A stretch of DNA of 55,337 nt from Candidatus Woesearchaeota archaeon. Its GTDB lineage: Archaea > Nanobdellota > Nanobdellia > Woesearchaeales > GW2011-AR4. Under the pieces are notes generated by a model. The model did not search any database and was not told the origin of the DNA. It saw nothing but the letters and a program-made list of their open reading frames with translations. Where the stretch lies: contig JACPTC010000024.1 of NCBI GenBank assembly GCA_016192985.1, positions 1-55,337 on the forward strand, written 5' to 3'. The translations under genes were made by a program, and so were the position numbers. This document shows, in pieces, positions 25,562-35,662 of the stretch. Positions within the stretch are counted from its first letter, which is position 1. Each line of letters starts with the position of its first letter.

Positions 25562-27161
25562 AAAACTAAAGAAATATGTAAAGGACCATTTAAGTAAAGG
25601 CCACTCTAATAGTGCGGTAAAGAAAGTTCTAGTCGAGCATGGCTACGATGAAAATTATGTAGAAGGGCTTTTTAAAAAGCATTACGAGCTGCAATTTATC
25701 AAAAAATATGCCATTATTGTTTCAATGTTGTTCATAATTTCATTTTTTTCATTTAATTTTATTATGATGGGCAGTCAGAACCAAGAAATAACAGCTTATG
25801 CTCCTCTAAAAACAGAAAGCTTGGCAGAAGGATGCTGCTTGTCAGTATGCCAGCAGATTCCAAAGCAGGATTGCTATGGGGAATTTGTTGAAAAGAAGGA
25901 ATGCAATGAAATCGATGAATGTGTTATTGGATGCTGCATTGACAAAGAAGGATATTGCCTGACAAATTACCTGCTTGGGAATTGCATAGGGAATTATGGG
26001 AAATTCATAAAGAACGATTGCAGTAATTTATTATTTTGCAGGAACCTTACTGATAAATCATATTCAGCAAGGCTGTATAATGTCAAAAACAAAAAGGGCA
26101 GCGGTTTCTCCAGCGTGATGACCTCTACCGATTACCATAAATCCTCGTTTATAATTAACTATTTCCTTTATGACAAAACAGATGTTGTGGGGGTTATTGG
26201 TGAGATAAAAGACAATGAAAAAATCCTTGATATGATAAATCTTTACGACGATGGCTTCCACAACGATGGAGTAAGCAACGACAATCTTTACGGCAACAAT
26301 TGGCAAAGTTCAAATGTGAAAGAGTTTAATGGCATAAAAAAACTTGAAGTTTATGTAACTATAAAATATGCAGATGGAAAAGAGCAAAAAACAAACAAGA
26401 CCCAAACAATAATCCTAGTAAGAGGAAAATGCCCTCCCATCTACAGTGAATGGAGCGAAATAAAAGATAGCAACATAATATTTGCAGCTAATAATTACGA
26501 AAATATAAGCAACGGATACGATAAATTTGCAGCTGACGTTCAAAATTTCCTTAATTTGTTTTTTTCTGTAAACGACTTTTCCGACTATCTTGATGAATTC
26601 AATATTTACAGGCTGGAGCAGTCATTGTCCTATTTCAATACGCCGACCTTGCTGAGTGTTGTTGCAAATTCTTGCCAATCCTACAATAAGAAGACAGATC
26701 TGGTCGTTATTTTGGATAATGCTGAGCAATATTGCAATTATGATGGGGAAAATGTAGTCAGGGTAAGCCCGCAAGTTATGTTTTATAATAACATGACATA
26801 CGAAGAAATCAATGAAACTTTTGATAAATTCTGCGATTATGTGCTGACTCCAAGGAAGATTGCTGACCAGATATTGAGCTTCGCCACACCTCCGGAAGTT
26901 AATATAAACACAGCGCAAGATATAACTTACAATTCCAGCAGCATAATTATTTCATTTGAAGTGTCTGGGGTTAATTATCCAATTAATTACTCGGTTTTTG
27001 ATAAAGGAGGATTATTGCAGCGCAATGTTGCATTTAGTAAATTTTCAGCTGATATTAATGTGAATCTTACAAACGGCACAAACGATTTTATGATAGTTGC
27101 TCTGGACAAAAACAGAAACAGGGCTGTAACATATATTTCGCTAAATGCCACAATAGAATAA
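25536..27161 (+). CDS. type II membrane protein, Cys-rich extracellular region, unknown function
   Basis: Cytoplasmic N-terminal module KGHSNSAVKKVLVEHGYDENYVEGLF, a single TM helix (IIVSMLFIISFFSFNFIMM), then a Cys-rich segment and beta-rich domains. Confidence 0.6.
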   Translation: MLSKRKIDKKLKKYVKDHLSKGHSNSAVKKVLVEHGYDENYVEGLFKKHYELQFIKKYAIIVSMLFIISFFSFNFIMMGSQNQEITAYAPLKTESLAEGCCLSVCQQIPKQDCYGEFVEKKECNEIDECVIGCCIDKEGYCLTNYLLGNCIGNYGKFIKNDCSNLLFCRNLTDKSYSARLYNVKNKKGSGFSSVMTSTDYHKSSFIINYFLYDKTDVVGVIGEIKDNEKILDMINLYDDGFHNDGVSNDNLYGNNWQSSNVKEFNGIKKLEVYVTIKYADGKEQKTNKTQTIILVRGKCPPIYSEWSEIKDSNIIFAANNYENISNGYDKFAADVQNFLNLFFSVNDFSDYLDEFNIYRLEQSLSYFNTPTLLSVVANSCQSYNKKTDLVVILDNAEQYCNYDGENVVRVSPQVMFYNNMTYEEINETFDKFCDYVLTPRKIADQILSFATPPEVNINTAQDITYNSSSIIISFEVSGVNYPINYSVFDKGGLLQRNVAFSKFSADINVNLTNGTNDFMIVALDKNRNRAVTYISLNATIE

Positions 27162-27162
27162 A

Positions 27163-27987
27163 ATGAAGAAAAAGATAGCCTTATGCATATTTTTAGCGAT
27201 TTTGTCAGTTATACCTGCAAACGCTGCTAAGTATTTCGTTTTAGATATAAACAATATATTTGACTCTGTGACATTCAATGGTGTGAATGTAAAAGAAATT
27301 GAGAGGCAGATTAACTATGGTGACAAATCTGGATTTTTAATCAAAACACTCACTTTTGCAAATTCAGATATTGAAAAAGTCTATTACAACATTTCTGAAA
27401 ACAGGAATTATCAAATATACCTTCCTTATGATGCAAAAGCGGCGCGAATAGAAGTTTACAATACAAGAAACTCCAAGATAATGGACATAGACGTAAGCTC
27501 TTTTGCAAATACCTGCGGCAATAATGCATGTGAAGAGCATGAGTCATACGAAAGCTGCACAAAGGATTGCAAATCCGGCAGCAAAGACGATTTTTGTGAC
27601 AGCTTAGCAGACGGCACTTGCGACCCAGACTGCTCACCAAAAACAGACACAGACTGCTCTCAAGTGAGCTATAAAGGCGCAAATGAAAACCTGACAAAAA
27701 CAAGTGCCGGCAGTGTTGTAAATCCAAATAAATCGCCAAAAATACCCAAAGAGCGCAAGACAAGCCTGATTTATTTTATATTGATGCCCATTACTTTGGT
27801 TTTGGTTGTAGGTGGCTTGGTTTTTATAGCAATCAAAAGAAAGAGGGAAAACCAAATTGCTAGCTCATTAAAACAATATATTATTGAAAATATTAAGAGA
27901 GGATTTACATTGCAGCAAATTAAGGATGTCTTGTACAGGGAAGGATATTCTGAGAGAGAGATTGACAAGGCTGTGAAAACCATTTAA
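27163..27987 (+). CDS. type I membrane protein with Sec signal peptide and Cys-rich module, unknown function
   Basis: Signal peptide MKKKIALCIFLAILSVIPANA, Cys-rich CGNNACEEHESYESCTKDCKSG...CDPDCSPKTDTDC, TM helix near the C-terminus, cytoplasmic tail RGFTLQQIKDVLYREGYSEREIDKAV. Confidence 0.6.
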   Translation: MKKKIALCIFLAILSVIPANAAKYFVLDINNIFDSVTFNGVNVKEIERQINYGDKSGFLIKTLTFANSDIEKVYYNISENRNYQIYLPYDAKAARIEVYNTRNSKIMDIDVSSFANTCGNNACEEHESYESCTKDCKSGSKDDFCDSLADGTCDPDCSPKTDTDCSQVSYKGANENLTKTSAGSVVNPNKSPKIPKERKTSLIYFILMPITLVLVVGGLVFIAIKRKRENQIASSLKQYIIENIKRGFTLQQIKDVLYREGYSEREIDKAVKTI

Positions 27988-27988
27988 A

Positions 27989-29092
27989 ATGAGATTAAAC
28001 AAAGCGCAGATTTCGTATTTTCTGATATTGGGATTGATATTGGTTTTTGTGCTTGGAATAGGGGTTTATTTTGTCGGAGACTTGGAAGGGCAGAAAGCAA
28101 AAAAAACAACTGAAAAAGTTCAGCAAATTAGTTTAGAGGCGCAACCCGTAAAAACTTATATCGATGAATGCATTAAAAAGGTTGCTGTTGAGACAGCATA
28201 TGAATTTGGGCAAAGACAGGGTTATCATGATGTGCCTAAACCAAACCTTAATACTGATTATTCTAATGTCGCTTACTATTACTATAAAAGCAAAAATATA
28301 GTCCCTACTAAAAATACTCTAAAAAAAGAATTCTCAAAAATATTGGATGAAAATCTATTAATTGACTGCACTGATTTTTTGATATTTGAAAATCTTGGAT
28401 ACAGTATAGAGTTTAAAGATTTAAACTCAACAGTTCAGATATTTGAGGATAAATTAATTATTAACGTTAATTACCCGCTGCTTATTGGAAAAGGAGATTT
28501 AAAGAGTTCTATCAATACTTTTTCTTACGCACTTCCGTTCAGAATAGGGCACATAATTGATATTTCTAATGACCTAGTGAATTCAGTTGTTAGTGAGCCT
28601 TATGCTTTAGACCTTACATTATTATTAAATTTTGATGTAGGTGTTTCAGTTATACATTATGATAATTGCAATGATGTTTATATTATTGTAGACAATGAAT
28701 CAAAAGTAAAGTCTAGCGATGATGATTATGTTTTTACTTTCGCTGCTGGATTGGAAGATCAGTATTGTAGGACAAATACAAGTTATCAAGAAACCAAACT
28801 TGTTATAACCTACCCTACTGTTGAAAATCATGGCCCGATATTAGAGCCAGTATATTATCTTATTGCTCATATAAATCAAGAATTTACTTACAGGTTAAAT
28901 GCTTCTGATGAGGATAATGATACTTTATTTTATCTCACGGATGGTATTTTACAAAACTATACTAATGTTTTGTCCGGATTTATTAATTTTACTCCTAAGC
29001 GTGAGCAAATCGGCATTTACCAAGTCAATACAACAGTAGTTGACATAAACAGCGGACTGGATGTTAAGCAGTTTTATCTTGAAATAAAATGA
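27989..29092 (+). CDS. pilin-like (class III signal peptide) surface protein with C-terminal cadherin/Ig-like domain
   Basis: MRLNKAQISYFLILGLILVFVLGIGV. The N-terminal region is paralogous to the 22533 gene. The C-terminus NQEFTYRLNASDEDNDTLFY...FINFTPKREQIGIYQVNTTVVD resembles dystroglycan-type cadherin-like repeats. Confidence 0.6.
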   Translation: MRLNKAQISYFLILGLILVFVLGIGVYFVGDLEGQKAKKTTEKVQQISLEAQPVKTYIDECIKKVAVETAYEFGQRQGYHDVPKPNLNTDYSNVAYYYYKSKNIVPTKNTLKKEFSKILDENLLIDCTDFLIFENLGYSIEFKDLNSTVQIFEDKLIINVNYPLLIGKGDLKSSINTFSYALPFRIGHIIDISNDLVNSVVSEPYALDLTLLLNFDVGVSVIHYDNCNDVYIIVDNESKVKSSDDDYVFTFAAGLEDQYCRTNTSYQETKLVITYPTVENHGPILEPVYYLIAHINQEFTYRLNASDEDNDTLFYLTDGILQNYTNVLSGFINFTPKREQIGIYQVNTTVVDINSGLDVKQFYLEIK

Positions 29093-32000
29093 CCAAAAGG
29101 ACATTTTCAATATTTGTAATTTATCTTTTATTATTTTCAGCAATAAGCATTCAAATTAATGCAGACGCCCCTTCTGCTGATAATCAATACCCCTTAGATG
29201 ACAAGCCTGAAGTGCAGGAAAAATGGATTTTAGAGCATCCATCTTCATTTAATCCGGATAATCCAAATCAAAAAGACGCTTTTATCCGAGCTTATAATAA
29301 GGGTCAAATAAAATATCCAGACCACATAGAAGCAACGAGCAAATATGTTTCTACTTTAAATAATGGATTTGCAAATGACAAAGACAGGCAAATTGCCGCT
29401 AAATATGTTTCTTACTTGATGAATCAAAAGGGTGCAGATTTCAAGCAAGGCGATATAAAGATAACTGTAGAAGGAAACTACAGGTTAACTTATATTATCA
29501 CAAGCGACGGTGTAAGATGGGATTTAAATCAATTAAGCAAAGATGAAAAATTAAAGGCTATTAAGTCAAGGCAAGATGGAACTTTAGAGCTTATATACAA
29601 TGAAGGGACTGTAAATGCAAGGGGAACTTCATTGACAAAAAATCAAAATAACGAATTTGTAACAAGCAGTGGACAAACTTTTTCTGTGGAAAGTCTTAAT
29701 GGAAAAACTGCAACAGTAAGCGCAAGCGGAAGCTCTTTGAACATTAAATGTGATAATGGCTGCGTTTTGAGCAAAGGCTATATGGTCACAACTTTAAATC
29801 CAAATGGAGCATTCTGGGATTTTGGGAACAATAGATTTCAAGTTGAAGACGGCGCTACACGGCTTGGACAAAATGTCCTGGCAGGAAAATACAGTTTTAG
29901 CTTAAACATAGACAAGGATGGACACACCACTTTAGACACGTCAAAAAAAATCGAACTATTCAAATTTGGGAAAATTGACAATTTAAGGAATAGTTTTATT
30001 CATCTTGAGGATCCACAAGTTAATGATGGAAAATTGCACTTTGGCACTGTTGATGTGGCAACAAGCAGAGTTGATCCAACAACAGGACTAGGAGCAGGAA
30101 AGGTAGTGGCGTGCTTTGATTGCAAGGATTTTGATAAATCTCGCCAAGGAGGAATAAATGGTTATGTGGATTTTAAATCATATCAAAACAGCAACTGCGA
30201 TTCTGCCACTTGCGAAACAGTTTACAAGGCTGAGATGAAAGGATTGGTTGCTGCAAGATTTGAAAAAGATGCTTTCCATGAAGGATTTGACAGAAATTTA
30301 GTTGCTTCCTATTATCCAAACGGAAAAGATGCAAGTAAAACAGACATGGGTATTTTTACATTGGAAAGCTGCAAAGGCTGCAAAGTTGGTGCTGGTCAAA
30401 TTGTAGGAATACAAACCCTCAACAATAACTTTTTCCAAATACAGAACAACTATTATTCAGACGCAAAGCAAGAACCACAATTAAGATATAAACAAATAAC
30501 AACAGCACCGCAAGTAATACCTTATTTGCAGTATGCAAAGTTCAATCAAGAAGGAATAACCTTTTTCGATAAAGATATTTACAAAGAAGGAAGATTATCC
30601 GACACATTAAATACTGGCATGTATAAGTCTGACGTCTTGACCGGCAGAGATAATGCAGGCAAAAATGTCAAGAAATACATTGAGGATTTTTACACAAAAG
30701 AATACAAAGGAAATATTAGAGATGCAGTAGATAGAACAAATAGTGTATTAAGGGATAATCTAAACCCCCAATATTCGCGCAATCTGTACGTCATTGATAA
30801 TACTGCATTTAACTATGATAAAAATGGCAACAAGATTAATGTTCAGAATTTGTATGTAACCACAAAAAACAATGAAGTAATAATAGACCAATTGCGTGCG
30901 GTCGAATCAGGAATTTACTCAAATTTCTTTCAAAGGGAATCCACAAAAGAAATTCTTGATATTTTGGACAGAAAAGGAATCACTGATCCACAAAAAAGGC
31001 AAGAAGAATTTGAAAGGTTAAATGCCTTAAAATCGGATGAAATCTTTTTTAAAACAAGATTGCAATTTTTATCTGCCATTATTGATGGCGGAAGAGCGAT
31101 TCACGAAGACCATCCAGCAGTTTCAGAATTTATTAGGAAGCATATTTTAAATACCTTTCCAAGAGACGAAGCTGAATTGTTTTTAGGCAATTATAAAGTA
31201 AAGTATGCAGGTTCAAAAAAGATATTTGAGTGGCGTTCTGAGGGTAAAAGTTTAGAGGAGATATACAAGAATAGCGGCAGCTCTCCACAAATAAAAGCTG
31301 CTTTCCAGGAGCCTTATTTAGTCCATGCTTTGAATTCTGAAATGATATACAAAGCCAAACTTTACAATGAACCAACCTTATCAATTTATTATTTGGAAAA
31401 TGGAGAGATAAAAACAAAAAACATTGACGCTTCTTTAGCAAGCAGAACGTCTGCGTTGGATGCTTCAAGAGCCTATATTAAAGACAGCAATTCATATTTT
31501 TCAGATACAAGATTAGCTTTTGATATTTACACAGGCCAAATTACCAATGAACTCATTTTGGACAAAGACAAAGAAACATTCCAGAAGTATGTTAAAAATA
31601 TTCTTGGAACGGGCAAGCTGCATCCAAATTCAAGATACTATGAAGGCACGATTTACTTTTCAAACGCAGGACTGTCAGAAAAAAACTATATCCGGATTGG
31701 AGAAGGAAAATATTTTGTTGCATCAAATGAAATTATACAAATGGCAAAGAATGGAAAACTTGATGTCAATCAACTTATAGAACTATCCCAGATAAACCAA
31801 AAATACCAGCAGGATGCAAAAGCACAACAACTAAAATTATTTGCGGAAGCATTTATTCCAAAAAGCATGGCAGAATTAGCGATAAACATAGTGCCAGAGG
31901 CGGGAAGCTTGGCAAAAGGAGCGCAGGCAGTTTATAAGGCTGGAAGTGTTCTAAGGGCAACGGCTGCGTTTGGAGAGTTAAGTGGCAATATTGCATTTGC

Positions 32001-33684
32001 TGGATTGGTCGGAATATCTGTAACACCAAGAACACAACTAAAGAAAGCATTATTAGAAAGACCAGAAGTTGTGAGAGTATCCTTATTACCAGGTGCAGAA
32101 ATTAAATTAGTTCAAGATGCAAATCAAGAGCTTAAGTTGTTAAATGATGCTAAGAGACTTGCGGGAGGTTCAGAATTTCCAGCTGATGTAGTCGTTCATC
32201 AAGTTGGTATAACGACAAAGGAAGGTACTTATATCTCTCCAAAAGTCGGAGAAGATATTGTAGTCTTTGGAGATGCCCCTAAAGACATTATATACGATTT
32301 TATGGCTATAAAACAAAGCCATGGAAAAATTCGAGAAACTATTGACATAGTTGATTTACAAAAAAGCTTTCCTGAAATAAGTGAGAGATTCAAAGGTATG
32401 AGCTGGAGTTTCGCTGACTTATCAATAGAGGAACAGCAGGGAGTAATTGAAGCCATATCTAAAGCGTCCGCTTTTAAAGGAAATATTGAAAGGAGTTTGG
32501 GCGGGGATGGAAGAATAATCTGGATAGCACAACCGCAAGAGGGCGATGCAGATAGATTGGCAAATGCAGTTGGGCTAGGTAAAAAGGCTAGAGATAGTTT
32601 AATACAATCACAGAGCTTGACAAAGGTTGATTTAAGAAAAAATTTAGGTATGGAGACAAAATTTGAAGATTTAACAAGGCCTCAAATTGATGAGGTAATA
32701 GATAGAATTGCAAGATTTAATATTCATTCACAAGAAGGCACAGTGGTTTCTTATGAAGGTGCAAGAGAGTTAAGAACGGGATATGATGTGCATACTCATC
32801 CTATAAGTTTTGAACTTGGCTCACAAGCTGTTAGAGATGAATTAAAGAAACAAATTGATAAAGGATATAGGATACGATGGGATGCGGAAACATCTGCAAG
32901 AATAAAGACCAAGGTCGCTCCAGAACTGCAAAAAGACGTTAGGCAATACGAAGGATTCATTGAAAGTCACAGAGATGAGTTAAGTCAACTAAAAGAAGAT
33001 GCAGGTTTATATTATATGTCCGACGTAAAATATAGATTTTTAAATTTGCAATTCAAGAATGATGCCAAAGGAATGCAAGAACTAACTGAATCTATTAGAA
33101 ATGATGGTTTTGATTTGCCTCGATTTGATGGTCAAACAGGAAAACCATTGACTCCTGAGGTACAATTAAAATTATTTACTGAAAGACCTGTAGAGGTGAG
33201 AATATACCAAGATGCTTTTGATGCACTCGTAAAAAGGAAAGCTGGGGAAATCCAGGCAGATATTGATTTTTGGACAATAGAAAGAGATTCAAGCCAAAGG
33301 CTACTGGATTTAATAGAAGGAGGAGCGCCAGATATTAAGCTTTATTATTCTAGTTTAGATGTTGGCACCATATTACCCTCTTTTGGCCCCGTAGGTGATA
33401 TCAATACTTTGGTAAATCTTCAAAAAGAATGGTTAACACACCCAAGTGGAATAAGGTATAGGGTAGGCAGGAACGTTTATCTTTTTGGAGGAACAACTTA
33501 CATATATGTTGAAGGCTCTGATAAAGTTATAATAGTTCCGGTAATTGGAAAAAACAGTCTTCAAATTGATATACCATTATCTACTGCTACAAAAGGTCTT
33601 TTTAATGAAAATAAAGAACTAGATTTGGAACATTTGTATCCATATTGGAGTAAACTTAAGAATTGGATTGCTACTATAGAATAA
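29089..33684 (+). CDS. giant secreted protein (1531 aa), unknown function
   Basis: Sec signal peptide MTKRTFSIFVIYLLLFSAISIQINA. Uninterrupted 4.6-kb ORF. Start overlaps the upstream stop (ATGA). I recognise no confident domain. Confidence 0.7.
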   Translation: MTKRTFSIFVIYLLLFSAISIQINADAPSADNQYPLDDKPEVQEKWILEHPSSFNPDNPNQKDAFIRAYNKGQIKYPDHIEATSKYVSTLNNGFANDKDRQIAAKYVSYLMNQKGADFKQGDIKITVEGNYRLTYIITSDGVRWDLNQLSKDEKLKAIKSRQDGTLELIYNEGTVNARGTSLTKNQNNEFVTSSGQTFSVESLNGKTATVSASGSSLNIKCDNGCVLSKGYMVTTLNPNGAFWDFGNNRFQVEDGATRLGQNVLAGKYSFSLNIDKDGHTTLDTSKKIELFKFGKIDNLRNSFIHLEDPQVNDGKLHFGTVDVATSRVDPTTGLGAGKVVACFDCKDFDKSRQGGINGYVDFKSYQNSNCDSATCETVYKAEMKGLVAARFEKDAFHEGFDRNLVASYYPNGKDASKTDMGIFTLESCKGCKVGAGQIVGIQTLNNNFFQIQNNYYSDAKQEPQLRYKQITTAPQVIPYLQYAKFNQEGITFFDKDIYKEGRLSDTLNTGMYKSDVLTGRDNAGKNVKKYIEDFYTKEYKGNIRDAVDRTNSVLRDNLNPQYSRNLYVIDNTAFNYDKNGNKINVQNLYVTTKNNEVIIDQLRAVESGIYSNFFQRESTKEILDILDRKGITDPQKRQEEFERLNALKSDEIFFKTRLQFLSAIIDGGRAIHEDHPAVSEFIRKHILNTFPRDEAELFLGNYKVKYAGSKKIFEWRSEGKSLEEIYKNSGSSPQIKAAFQEPYLVHALNSEMIYKAKLYNEPTLSIYYLENGEIKTKNIDASLASRTSALDASRAYIKDSNSYFSDTRLAFDIYTGQITNELILDKDKETFQKYVKNILGTGKLHPNSRYYEGTIYFSNAGLSEKNYIRIGEGKYFVASNEIIQMAKNGKLDVNQLIELSQINQKYQQDAKAQQLKLFAEAFIPKSMAELAINIVPEAGSLAKGAQAVYKAGSVLRATAAFGELSGNIAFAGLVGISVTPRTQLKKALLERPEVVRVSLLPGAEIKLVQDANQELKLLNDAKRLAGGSEFPADVVVHQVGITTKEGTYISPKVGEDIVVFGDAPKDIIYDFMAIKQSHGKIRETIDIVDLQKSFPEISERFKGMSWSFADLSIEEQQGVIEAISKASAFKGNIERSLGGDGRIIWIAQPQEGDADRLANAVGLGKKARDSLIQSQSLTKVDLRKNLGMETKFEDLTRPQIDEVIDRIARFNIHSQEGTVVSYEGARELRTGYDVHTHPISFELGSQAVRDELKKQIDKGYRIRWDAETSARIKTKVAPELQKDVRQYEGFIESHRDELSQLKEDAGLYYMSDVKYRFLNLQFKNDAKGMQELTESIRNDGFDLPRFDGQTGKPLTPEVQLKLFTERPVEVRIYQDAFDALVKRKAGEIQADIDFWTIERDSSQRLLDLIEGGAPDIKLYYSSLDVGTILPSFGPVGDINTLVNLQKEWLTHPSGIRYRVGRNVYLFGGTTYIYVEGSDKVIIVPVIGKNSLQIDIPLSTATKGLFNENKELDLEHLYPYWSKLKNWIATIE

Positions 33685-33723
33685 AGCTTAATTTGATTTT
33701 TATACTCAAAATGTTTATTGATT

Positions 33724-34089
33724 CTAAGTCAAAGCTTTTCCACACTGACTGCAAAACTTAGAATTAACCAATATATCTGCATGACAATGAGGACATTTTT
33801 TCTCCTTTGCTATGTGCAAGTGTGGCGTTTCTTCCTCGAGCTTAGCGTTAATTTTTTCACTTAGCGATTTTAATATTGTATCAGCTTCATTTCTTTTTCC
33901 TTGTGTTAAAAGCTCTGCAAATTGTTGTGCCTGCATTGCCATATCATCAAGGGCTAAATTCGATAAAACGGTTACGAGTTGTCGTGCATTTTTAACAGCT
34001 CCTTTTATATCACTTTTAGCTAGTTTGTATAGAATACCGGTAACAAGTTGACTAGCTTGTATTAGAAAATCTCTTGCTTGTGAACTCAT
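33724..34089 (-). CDS. helical protein with C-terminal zinc ribbon, unknown function
   Basis: C-terminal CPHC-x12-CSQC zinc-ribbon pattern. Last gene of the four-gene cassette. Confidence 0.5.
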   Translation of the reverse strand: MSSQARDFLIQASQLVTGILYKLAKSDIKGAVKNARQLVTVLSNLALDDMAMQAQQFAELLTQGKRNEADTILKSLSEKINAKLEEETPHLHIAKEKKCPHCHADILVNSKFCSQCGKALT

Positions 34090-34144
34090 AAAAGATAAAC
34101 CTATGCTGTCTTTTTATATTTTTCTAAATCAAAACAGTAACATT

Positions 34145-34960
34145 TTATCCATTTAGCTTAACAAGATTCAATGCAGCCATTTGCCTAACCTCTTTTTGAG
34201 CTTGTTCGATAGGAATGGTAAATATTTTTGAATAATCATCAACAGTGACTGCCTGGCCAGCTTTTCGCAGACGAGTTAGATAAAAAGCTTGCCTGGCCAA
34301 AGGTTGCGGATTATTTTCCATAAAAAGATAGGCATTATCGTATCTTCTACCGTTTGCAAAGACAGCTCCTACTCTTAAAATATCATCTGAGGTTTTAGCT
34401 CTCAGCTCAAGATCAACAGGTTCTATGCGAGGTGTATCGAAGATTCCTCCCACAAGATTGTTAGGTCCAGGGTATAAAACGCTAATTCCATAGCCTGATG
34501 GTAGATCCTCTTTGATTCTTTGTATTAAGTCTAGCCTTTTTGAATATGCTATCTCTCTTTTATTAGAAGGAGTACCATCATCTTTTAACGGTGCTACGTA
34601 AAATTCCGGCGTAGGTATTAAATGCATTTGTAATTTGAATTGTACAACTTCTTCGGGTTTTGTAAAAAGAAACTTCAAATCGCTTTCTTGAAATGATCTT
34701 ATTAAGTCATCAATTGCTCTGCTCTTATCAGTTGCTGTAAATATATCATCAATTCTTTTTAAAGTAAAGTCCGTTCTAAATTCATTGGAGTCATTTCTTG
34801 CCAACATTTCCACAATAGATCTGATATGCTCGGCAAAAGCTGCTGCATTATGACACTCTTGAAATTCGGTTGGTATCGTTTCACCTAAATACCTAGAAGG
34901 TTCTGATAGCAAAGGCAAAGTCCACTCAGCTTCTTTTCCAGGTTGGATTACTAGCTTCAT
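34145..34960 (-). CDS. hypothetical protein (271 aa)
   Basis: Long ORF with no recognisable motif. The tracked start (34969) is a TTG, so the ATG at 34958-34960 is used, 9 nt after the upstream stop. Confidence 0.55.
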   Translation of the reverse strand: MKLVIQPGKEAEWTLPLLSEPSRYLGETIPTEFQECHNAAAFAEHIRSIVEMLARNDSNEFRTDFTLKRIDDIFTATDKSRAIDDLIRSFQESDLKFLFTKPEEVVQFKLQMHLIPTPEFYVAPLKDDGTPSNKREIAYSKRLDLIQRIKEDLPSGYGISVLYPGPNNLVGGIFDTPRIEPVDLELRAKTSDDILRVGAVFANGRRYDNAYLFMENNPQPLARQAFYLTRLRKAGQAVTVDDYSKIFTIPIEQAQKEVRQMAALNLVKLNG

Positions 34961-34969
34961 AAGAATCAA

Positions 34970-35647
34970 TTATCTATTTCCTATTCCTGCATAAATTCTA
35001 TTCAATTCGCTTGCTGCATATTTTAATGTCTCCCTTTGCAGCGCATTTAAAGCCTCGTCCGATGGCAATTGAATGCCACTAGAAACCATTTTTTTCCCAA
35101 TAGGGTCTGGAAGGGCAAAAAAATCTCGTACAACTTTCATTGCCCCATTATTAGCTCTTTGTGAGAGTTCAATATACCGTTGAGCATCCTGTCGCGTTGG
35201 AAAAACTCTTCTGGTAACTTCATCCATGTATACCTGATTATCTATAACTTGATTAGTATCAATCTGCTTTTCAGCCGCAATTGCGCGTACTGTATTTGCT
35301 TTTTCTATAGAAGTTCTCTGCCGAACTTGAGAAAAGCCATACCACAATGTGATTGCGGTTTCAGTATCCCGTATCATACGAGCGACATCAGTTACATCGG
35401 AACCTGCATCCATTCTTGCAATCAATTGATCAAGTCCTTCCCTAATTTCAGTTAATTCGGCAATCACCTCTCTGTCTTTTTCGATCGGATCGTAACCATC
35501 CATCGTATTTTTTATAATTTCACCTAATGTCGAATAGCTGAATTGGAGATGTCTAATTGCATGACCAGCTCTGCGCATCTCTGCATTGTGATATGCTACA
35601 ATAATAGCCCTTGTGGTTGGGTCGTCAATTTCCAAAGTTCTTGTCAT
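34970..35647 (-). CDS. hypothetical helical protein, paralog A (225 aa)
   Basis: Shares RAII.(A/S)Y.NAE.RR, V.RRVFPTR..A..Y, PS..AL.ALQ and .RIYG blocks with the next gene. Confidence 0.55.
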   Translation of the reverse strand: MTRTLEIDDPTTRAIIVAYHNAEMRRAGHAIRHLQFSYSTLGEIIKNTMDGYDPIEKDREVIAELTEIREGLDQLIARMDAGSDVTDVARMIRDTETAITLWYGFSQVRQRTSIEKANTVRAIAAEKQIDTNQVIDNQVYMDEVTRRVFPTRQDAQRYIELSQRANNGAMKVVRDFFALPDPIGKKMVSSGIQLPSDEALNALQRETLKYAASELNRIYAGIGNR

Positions 35648-35662
35648 TTTTATTAATCACCT

